A stretch of DNA of 64,000 nt from Auanema rhodensis (Eukaryota > Animalia > Nematoda). The notes beneath the pieces were generated by a model, which saw only the letters and a program-made list of their open reading frames with translations, was not told the DNA's origin and did not search any database. Shown piece by piece: positions 54,670-64,000 of the stretch. The translations under genes were made by a program, and so were the position numbers. How positions within the stretch are numbered: position 1 is the stretch's first letter; each line of letters opens with the position of its first letter. The DNA is taken from positions 10,850,001-10,914,000 of the forward strand of contig OZ059897.1 in the NCBI GenBank assembly GCA_964057225.1. Reading direction: 5' to 3'.

Positions 54670-54965
54670 TGTCGCTTCGGCGAAGGTATTCGGTTGTCGG
54701 TATTCCGATGAGAATTAATAGAACAGATAGTCAGCGGTAGAATGCTTTATTAAAGAATTAACAATTCAACAAAATATAGATCGTCTATAGTCCGTTGAGG
54801 TTTGGTTGAGGTATATCGTATTTTCCGATCCCAAGGATGAAGATATGGGAAGGCGGGCCGAAAAGTACAATCTGAAATAGACAAAGTAAAGGAAAACGAT
54901 AAAAACAAAACTGAAATGGAACAAAACATAGAAAAAAGGATAAAAAATAATCGCTAACCGCGACA
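54670..54965 (-). repeat. 5' LTR (296 bp)
   Basis: Adjacent to the PBS; followed on the + strand by TSD TAGTT at 54966-54970. Confidence 0.96.
54746..54751 (-). promoter_or_regulatory. Putative polyadenylation signal AATAAA in the LTR (also 23630-23635; AATGAA at 46546-46551)
   Basis: TTTATT on the + strand, about 76 nt from the U5 end. Confidence 0.6.
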
Positions 54966-54980
54966 TAGTTTGTAATACCG

Positions 54981-55046
54981 GCCCAAGTAGTATAGTGGTT
55001 AGTACTCCACGTTGTGGCCGTACAGGTTCGATTCCTGTCTTGGGCA
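54981..55046 (+). pseudogene. tRNA-His pseudogene with 6-bp deletion (GGCGAC); the gene targeted by the insertion
   Basis: GGCCGT|ACAGG; loses the anticodon-stem 3' end and the variable loop. Confidence 0.92.
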
Positions 55047-56436
55047 TTTTTTGTTTTGAAATTTAAATGCTATAAAATTATTGCTTGCTTGTCATGTTAG
55101 ATTTGTTTAATTTAAATACTTATTTAAGTTCCAACAATTTTCGATTAAATCACGTTCAATTAACTGTATTGTTTTCAAAAATAAAGACAAAATTCAACTT
55201 CTGTTCATTGAATTAGAATTTTCATGTTGTCACACAGAAATTGAAGAATCTTAGTTCATTTCAGTAACAATGAACACACTAACTTTGATAAGTTGTTGTA
55301 ATATCGGCCCAAGTAGTATAGTGGTTAGTACTCCACGTTGTGGCCGTGGCGACACAGATTCGATTCCTGTTTTGGGCATTTTTTGTTTTGAAATTTAACT
55401 GCTATGAAATTATTGCTTGCTTGTCATGTTAGATTTGTTTAATTTAAACACTTATTTAAGTTCCAACAATTTTCGATTAAATCACGTTCAATTAACTGTA
55501 TTGTTTTCAAAAATAAAGACAAAATTCAATTTCTGTTCATTGAATTAGAATTTTTATGTTGTCACACAGGAAATGAAGAATCTTAGTTCATTTCAGTAAC
55601 AATGAACACAATAACTTTGCTTAGTTGTTGTAATACCGGCCCAAGTAGTATAGTGGTTAGTACTCCACGTTGTGGCCGTGGCGACACAGGTTCGATTCCT
55701 GTCTTGGGCATTTTTTGTTTTGAAATTAAAATGCTATAAACATATTGCTTGCTTGTCATGTTAGATTTGTTTAATTCAAATACTTATTTAAGTTCTAACA
55801 ATTTTTGATTTAATCACGTTCAATTAACAGTATTGTTTTCAAAAATAAAGACATCTTTCAATTTCTGGTCATTGAATTAGAATTTTCATGTTGTCACACA
55901 GAAATTGAAGAATCTTAGTTCATTTCAGTAAAAATGAACACACTAACTTTGTTAAGTTGTTCTAATATCGGCCCAAGTAGTATAGTGGTTAGTACTCCAC
56001 GTTGTGGCCGTGGCGACACAGGTTCGATTCCTGTCTTGGGCATTTTTTGTTTTGAAATTTAAATGCTATAAAATAATTGCTTGCTTGTCATGTTAGATTT
56101 GTTTAATTCAAATACTTATTTAAGTTCTAACAATTTTTGATTTAATCACGTTCAATTAACTGTATTGTTTTCAAAAATAAAGACAAAATTCAATTTCTGT
56201 TCATTGAATTAGAATTTTCATGTTGTCACACAGAAATTGAAGAATCTTAGTTCAATTCAGTAACAATGAACACACTAACTTTGTTAAGTTGTTGTAATAT
56301 CGGCCCAAGTAATATAGTGGTTAGTACTCCACGTTGTGGCCATGGCGACACAGGTTCGATTCCTGTCTTGGGCATTTTTTGTTTTGAAATTTAAATGCTA
56401 TAAAATTATTGCTTGCTTGTCATGTTAGATTTGTTT

Positions 56437-56571
56437 CCAAGGATGAAGATATGGGAAGGCGGGCCGAAAAGTACAATCTGAAATAGACAAAGTAAAGGAA
56501 AACGATAAAAACAAAACTGAAATGGAACAAAACATAGAAAAAAGGATAAAAAATAATCGCTAACCGCGACA
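56437..56571 (-). mobile_element. 135-bp LTR (U3-end) fragment duplicated with its right flank
   Basis: Identical to 54831-54965 and followed by TAGTT and the same deleted tRNA (offset 1606). Confidence 0.93.
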
Positions 56572-56586
56572 TAGTTTGTAATACCG

Positions 56587-56652
56587 GCCCAAGTAGTATA
56601 GTGGTTAGTACTCCACGTTGTGGCCGTACAGGTTCGATTCCTGTCTTGGGCA
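56587..56652 (+). pseudogene. Second copy of the 6-bp-deleted tRNA-His
   Basis: GGCCGTACAGG junction. Confidence 0.92.
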
Positions 56653-57396
56653 TTTTTTGTTTTGAAATTTAAATGCTATAAAATTATTGCTTGCTTGTCA
56701 TGTTAGATTTGTTTAATTTAAATACTTATTTAAGTTCCAACAATTTTCGATTAAATCACGTTCAATTAACCGTATTGTTTTCAAAAATAAAGACAAAATT
56801 CAAAATTGCTTGCTTGTCATGTTAGATTTCTTTAATTTGAATACTTATTCAAGTTATAACAATTTTGGATTTAATCACGTTCAATCAACTGTATTGTTTT
56901 CAAAAATAAAGACATCTTTCAATTTCTGGTCATTGAATTAGAATTTTCATGTTGTCACACAGAAATTGAAGAATCTTAGTTCATTTCAGTAACAATGAAC
57001 ACACTAACTTTGTTAAGTTGTTGTAATATCGGCCCAAGTAGTATAGTGGTTAGTACTCCACGTTGTGGCCGTGGCGACACAGATTCGATTCCTGTCTTGG
57101 GCATTTTTTGTTTTGAAATTAAAATGCTATAAACATATTGCTTGCTTGTCATGTTAGATTTGTTTAATTCAAATACTTATTTAAGTTCTAACAATTTTCG
57201 ATTAAATCACGTTCAATCAACTGTATTGTTTTCAAAAATAAAGACATCTTTCAATTTCTGGTCATTGAATTAGAATTTTCATGTTGTCACACAGAAATTG
57301 AAGAATCTTAGTTCATTGCAGTAACAATGAACACACTAACTTTGTTAAGTTGTTGTAATATCGGCCCAAGTAGTATAGTGGTCAGTACTCCACGTT

Positions 57397-57527
57397 GAAA
57401 ATTGTTGGAACTTAAATAAGTATTTGAATTAAACAAATCTAACATGACAAGCAAGCAATAATTTTATAGCATTTAAATTTCAAAACAAAAAATGCCCAAG
57501 ACAGGAATCGAACCTGTGTCGCCACGG
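57397..57527 (-). repeat. Inverted 131-bp array segment (tRNA 3' half, terminator, spacer)
   Basis: Reverse complement reads CCGTGGCGACACAGGTTCGA...CAACAATTTTC. It splits the tRNA starting at 57364 at the anticodon. Confidence 0.95.
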
Positions 57528-59085
57528 ATTTGAATACTTATTCAAATTATAACAATTTTCAATTTAATCACGTTCAATCAACTGTATTGTTTTCAAAAAT
57601 AAAGACAAAATTCAATTTCTGTTCATTGAATTAGAATTTTCATGTTGTCACACAGAAATTGAAGAATCTTAGTTCATTTCAGTAACAATGAACACACTAA
57701 CTTTGTTAAGTTGTTGTAATATCGGCCCAAGTAATACAGTGGTTAGTACTCCACGTTGTGGCCGTGGCGACACAGGTTCGATTCCTGTCTTGGGCATTTT
57801 TTGTTTTGAAATTAAAATGCTATAAACATATTGCTTGCTTGTCATGTTAGATTTCTTTAATTCAAATACTTATTTAAGTTCTAACAATTTTTGATTTAAT
57901 CACGTTCAATCAACTGTATTGTTTTCAAAAATAAAGACATCTTTCAATTTCTGGTCATTGAATTAGAATTTTCATGTTGTCACACAGAAATTGAAGAATC
58001 TTAGTTCAATTCAGTAACAATGAACACACTAACTTTGTTAAGTTGTTGTAATATCGGCCCAAGTAATATAGTGGTTAGTACTCCACGTTGTGGCCGTGGC
58101 GACACAGATTCGATTCCTGTCTTGGGCATTTTTTGTTTTGAAATTAAAATGCTATAAACATATTGCTTGCTTGTCATGTTAGATTTCTTTAATTCAAATA
58201 CTTATTTAAGTTCTAACAATTTTTGATTTAATCACGTTCAATCAACTGTATTGTTTTCAAAAATAAAAACAAAATTCAATTTCTGTTCATTGAATTAGAA
58301 TTTTCATGTTGTCACACAGAAATTGAAGAATCTTAGTTCAATTCAGTAACAATGAACACACTAACTTTGTTAAGTTGTTGTAATATCGGCCCAAGTAATA
58401 TAGTGGTTAGTACTCCACGTTGTGGCCGTGGCGACACAGGTTCGATTCCTGTCTTGGGCATTTTTTGTTTTGAAATTTAAATGCTATAAAATTATTGCTT
58501 GCTTGTCATGTTAGATTTGTTTAATTCAAATACTTATTTAAGTTCCAACAATTTTCGATTAAATCACGTTCATTTAACTGTATTGTTTTCAAAAATAAAG
58601 ACAAAATTCAATTTCTGTTCGTTGAATTAGAATTTTCATGTTGTCACACAGAAATTGAAGAATCTTAGTTCAATTCAGTAACAACGAACACACTAACTTT
58701 GTTAAGTTGTTGTAATATCGGCCCAAGTAGTATAGTGGTTAGTACTCCACGTTGTGGCCGTGGCGACACAGATTCGATTCCTGTCTTGGGCATTTTTTGT
58801 TTTGAAATTAAAATGCTATAAACATATTGCTTGCTTGTCATGTTAGATTTGTTTAATTCAAATACTTATTTAAGTTCTAACAATTTTCGATTAAATCACG
58901 TTCAATCAACTGTATTGTTTTCAAAAATAAAGACATCTTTCAATTTCTGGTCATTGAATTAGAATTTTCATGTTGTCACACAGAAATTGAAGAATCTTAG
59001 TTCATTGCAGTAACAATGAACACACTAACTTTGTTAAGTTGTTGTAATATCGGCCCAAGTAGTATAGTGGTCAGTACTCCACGTT

Positions 59086-59216
59086 GAAAATTGTTGGAAC
59101 TTAAATAAGTATTTGAATTAAACAAATCTAACATGACAAGCAAGCAATAATTTTATAGCATTTAAATTTCAAAACAAAAAATGCCCAAGACAGGAATCGA
59201 ACCTGTGTCGCCACGG
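59086..59216 (-). repeat. Second copy of the inverted segment (1689-bp duplication)
   Basis: Same junctions; 1689 = 4x332 + 361. Confidence 0.95.
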
Positions 59217-62200
59217 ATTTGAATACTTATTCAAATTATAACAATTTTCAATTTAATCACGTTCAATCAACTGTATTGTTTTCAAAAATAAAGACAAAAT
59301 TCAATTTCTGTTCATTGAATTAGAATTTTCATGTTGTCACACAGAAATTGAAGAATCTTAGTTCATTTCAGTAACAATGAACACACTAACTTTGTTAAGT
59401 TGTTGTAATATCGGCCCAAGTAATACAGTGGTTAGTACTCCACGTTGTGGCCGTGGCGACACAGGTTCGATTCCTGTCTTGGGCATTTTTTGTTTTGAAA
59501 TTAAAATGCTATAAACATATTGCTTGCTTGTCATGTTAGATTTCTTTAATTCAAATACTTATTTAAGTTCTAACAATTTTTGATTTAATCACGTTCAATC
59601 AACTGTATTGTTTTCAAAAATAAAGACATCTTTCAATTTCTGGTCATTGAATTAGAATTTTCATGTTGTCACACAGAAATTGAAGAATCTTAGTTCAATT
59701 CAGTAACAATGAACACACTAACTTTGTTAAGTTGTTGTAATATCGGCCCAAGTAATATAGTGGTTAGTACTCCACGTTGTGGCCGTGGCGACACAGATTC
59801 GATTCCTGTCTTGGGCATTTTTTGTTTTGAAATTAAAATGCTATAAACATATTGCTTGCTTGTCATGTTAGATTTCTTTAATTCAAATACTTATTTAAGT
59901 TCTAACAATTTTTGATTTAATCACGTTCAATCAACTGTATTGTTTTCAAAAATAAAAACAAAATTCAATTTCTGTTCATTGAATTAGAATTTTCATGTTG
60001 TCACACAGAAATTGAAGAATCTTAGTTCAATTCAGTAACAATGAACACACTAACTTTGTTAAGTTGTTGTAATATCGGCCCAAGTAATATAGTGGTTAGT
60101 ACTCCACGTTGTGGCCGTGGCGACACAGGTTCGATTCCTGTCTTGGGCATTTTTTGTTTTGAAATTTAAATGCTATAAAATTATTGCTTGCTTGTCATGT
60201 TAGATTTGTTTAATTCAAATACTTATTTAAGTTCCAACAATTTTCGATTAAATCACGTTCATTTAACTGTATTGTTTTCAAAAATAAAGACAAAATTCAA
60301 TTTCTGTTCGTTGAATTAGAATTTTCATGTTGTCACACAGAAATTGAAGAATCTTAGTTCAATTCAGTAACAACGAACACACTAACTTTGTTAAGTTGTT
60401 GTAATATCGGCCCAAGTAATATAGTGGTTAGTACTCCACGTTGTGGCCGTGGCGACACAGATTCGATTCCTGTTTTGGGCATTTTTTGTTTTGAAATTTA
60501 AATGCTATAAAATTATTGCTTGCTTGTCATGTTAGATTTGTTTAATTCAAATACTTATTTAAGTTCCAACAATTTTCGATTAAATCACGTTCTTTTAACT
60601 GTATTGTTTTCAAAAATAAAGACAAAATTCAATTTCTGTTCGTTGAATTAGAAATTTCATGTTGTCACACAGAAATTGAAGAATCTTAGTTCAATTCAGT
60701 AACAACGAACACACTAACTTTGTTAAATTGTTGTAATATCGGCCCAAGTAATATAGTGGTTAGTACTCCACGTTGTGGCCGTGGCGACACAGATTCGATT
60801 CCTGTTTTGGGCATTTTTTGTTTTGAAATTTAAATGCTATAAAATTATTGCTTGCTTGTCATGTTAGATTTTTTTAATTTGAATACTTATTCAAGTTTTA
60901 ACAATTTTGGATTTAATCACGTTCAATCAACTGTATTGTTTTCAAAAATAAAGACATCTTTCAATTTCTGGTCATTGAATTAGAATTTTCATGTTGTCAC
61001 ACAGAAATTGAAGAATCTTAGTTCATTTCAGTAACAATGAATAGAATAACTTTGTTTAGTTGTTGTAATATTGGCCCAAGTAGTATAATGGTTAGTACTC
61101 CACGTTGTGGCCGTGGCGACACAGGTTCGATTCCTGTCTTGGGCATTTTTTGTTTTGAAATTAAAATGCTATAAACATATTGCTTGCTTGTCATGTTAGA
61201 TTTCTTTAATTCAAATACTTATTTAAGTTCTAACAATTTTTGATTTAATCACGTTCAATCAACTGTATTGTTTTCAAAAATAAAGACAAAATTCAATTTC
61301 TGTTCATTGAATTAGAATTTTCATGTTGTCACACAGAAATTGAAGAATCTTAGTTCAATTCAGTAACAATGAACACACTAACTTTGTTAAGTTGTTGTAA
61401 TATCGGCCCAAGTAATATAGTGGTTAGTACTCCACGTTGTGGCCGTGGCGACACAGGTTCGATTCCTGTCTTGGGCATTTTTTGTTTTGAAATTTAAATG
61501 CTATAAAATTATTGCTTGCTTGTCATGTTAGATTTGTTTAATTCAAATACTTATTTAAGTTCCAACAATTTTCGATTAAATCACGTTCATTTAACTGTAT
61601 TGTTTTCAAAAATAAAGACAAAATTCAATTTCTGTTCGTTGAATTAGAATTTTCATGTTGTCACACAGAAATTGAAGAATCTTAGTTCAATTCAGTAACA
61701 ACGAACACACTAACTTTGTTAAGTTGTTGTAATATCGGCCCAAGTAATATAGTGGTTAGTACTCCACGTTGTGGCCGTGGCGACACAGATTCGATTCCTG
61801 TTTTGGGCATTTTTTGTTTTGAAATTTAAATGCTATAAAATTATTGCTTGCTTGTCATGTTAGATTTTTTTAATTTGAATACTTATTCAAGTTATAACAA
61901 TTTTGGATTTAATCACGTTCAATCAACTGTATTGTTTTCAAAAATAAAGACATCTTTCAATTTCTGGTCATTGAATTAGAATTTTCATGTTGTCACACAG
62001 AAATTGAAGAATCTTAGTTCATTTCAGTAACAATAAACACACTAACTTTGTTAAGTTGTTGTAATATCGGCCCAAGTAGTATAGTGGTCAGTACTCCACG
62101 TTGTGGCCGTGGCGACACAGATTCGATTCCTGTCTTGGGCATTTTTTGTTTTGAAATTAAAATGCTATAAAATTATTGCTTGCTTGTCTTATTAGATTTC

Positions 62201-64000
62201 TTTAATTTGAATACTTATTCAAGTTATAACAATTTTCGATTTATTCACGTTCAATCAACTGTATTGTTTTCAAAAATAAAGACAAAATTCAATTTCTGTT
62301 CATTGAATTAGAATTTTCATGTTGTCACACAGAAATTGAAGAATCTTAGTTCAATTCAGTAACAATGAACACACTAACTTTGTTAAGTTGTTGTAATATC
62401 GGCCCAAGTAATATAGTGGTTAGTACTCCACGTTGTGGCCGTGGCGACACAGATTCGATTCCTGTCTTGGACATTTTTTGTTTTGAAATTAAAATGCTAC
62501 AAAATTATTGCTTGCTTGTCATGTTAGATTTCTTTAATTCAAATACTTATTTAAGTTCTAACAATTTTTGATTCAATCACGTTCAATTAACTGTATTGTT
62601 TTCAAAAATAAAGACATCTTTCAATTTCTGGTCATTGATTTAGAATTTTCATGTTGTCGCACAGAAATTGAAGATTCTTAGTTCAATTCAGTAACAATGA
62701 ACACACTAACTTTGTTAAGTTGTTGTGATATCGGCCCAAGTAATATAGTGGTTAGTACTCCACGTTGTGGCCGTGGCGACACAGATTCGATTCCTGTCTT
62801 GGGCATTTTTTGTTTTGAAATTAAAATGCTACAAAATTATTGCTTGCTTGTCATGTTAGATTTCTTTAATTTGAATACTTATTCAAGTTATAACAATTTT
62901 CGATTAAATCACGTTCATTTAACTGTATTGTTTTCAAAAATAAAGACAAAATTCAGTTTCTGTTCGTTGAATTAGAATTTTCATGTTGTCACACAGAAAT
63001 TGAAGATTCTTAGTTCAATTCAGTAACAATGAACACACTAACTTTGTTAAGTTGTTGTAATATCGGCCCAAGTAATATAGTGGTTAGTACTCCACGTTGT
63101 GGCCGTGGCGACACAGATTCGATTCCTGTCTTGGGCATTTTTTGTTTTGAAATTAAAATGCTATAAACATATTGCTTGCTTGTCATGTTAGATTTCTTTA
63201 ATTCAAATACTTATTTAAGTTCTAACAATTTTTGATTTAATCACGTTCAATCAACTGTATTGTTTTCAAAAATAAAGACAAAATTCAATTTCTGTTCGTT
63301 GAATTAGAATTTTCATGTTGTCACACAGAAATTGAAGAATCTTAGTTCAATTCAGTAACAACGAACACACTAACTTTGTTAAGTTGTTGTAATATCGGCC
63401 CAAGTAATATAGTGGTTAGTACTCCACGTTGTGGCCGTGGCGACACAGATTTGATTCCTGTTTTGGGCATTTTTTGTTTTGAAATTTAAATGCTATAAAA
63501 TTATTGCTTGCTTGTCATGTTAGATTTGTTTAATTCAAATACTTATTTAAGTTCCAACAATTTTCGATTAAATCACGTTCTTTTAACTGTATTGTTTTCA
63601 AAAATAAAGACAAAATTCAATTTCTGTTCGTTGAATTAGAAATTTCATGTTGTCACACAGAAATTGAAGAATCTTAGTTCAATTCAGTAACAACGAACAC
63701 ACTAACTTTGTTAAATTGTTGTAATATCGGCCCAAGTAATATAGTGGTTAGTACTCCACGTTGTGGCCGTGGCGACACAGATTCGATTCCTGTTTTGGGC
63801 ATTTTTTGTTTTGAAATTTAAATGCTATAAAATTATTGCTTGCTTGTCATGTTAGATTTTTTTAATTTGAATACTTATTCAAGTTTTAACAATTTTGGAT
63901 TTAATCACGTTCAATCAACTGTATTGTTTTCAAAAATAAAGACATCTTTCAATTTCTGGTCATTGAATTAGAATTTTCATGTTGTCACACAGAAATTGAA

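Larger units (their letters stand above)
46470..54965 (-). mobile_element. BEL/Pao (Belpaoviridae, Cer-like) env-bearing LTR retrotransposon; two LTRs, coding region decayed (8496 bp)
   Basis: 296-bp LTRs with TGTCGC/GCGACA inverted termini, 5-bp TSD, tRNA-Gly PBS, and domain order gag(3xCCHC)-PR-RT(YVDN)-RH-IN-env. Confidence 0.97.
54966..64000 (+). repeat. tRNA-His array, segment D (27 loci, including 4 structurally broken)
   Basis: 332-bp period, with local rearrangements at 55021, 56437, 56803, 57397 and 59086. Confidence 0.96.

Overview
Eukaryotic DNA, most likely nematode. About 48 kb is a head-to-tail array of a 330-332 bp unit, each carrying one + strand tRNA-His(GTG) gene with a genome-encoded G-1 and a T6 Pol III terminator (about 144 loci; 12 of the first 25 are canonical and the rest carry A-box, B-box or stem variants arranged in higher-order repeats). 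One BEL/Pao (Belpaoviridae) LTR retrotransposon insertion interrupts the array on the - strand. It sits 11-15 bp upstream of a tRNA gene with a 5-bp TAGTT target-site duplication. It appears as a two-LTR but decayed copy (46470-54965), two 5'-truncated copies (23554-27150, 29706-33302) and an LTR fragment (56437-56571), all amplified passively with the array. The element encodes gag-protease-RT-RNaseH-integrase fused to a phlebovirus-like Gc envelope with an almost absent Gn ectodomain, plus an extra 3' ORF with a second triple zinc-knuckle. The most notable signal is a tRNA-Gly PBS together with a second 16-nt match to the D-arm of the same tRNA inside the LTR, abutting the poly(A) signal, which suggests a bipartite primer-binding system. 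All calls were made by eye, and reference tRNA and protein motifs are recalled rather than searched.
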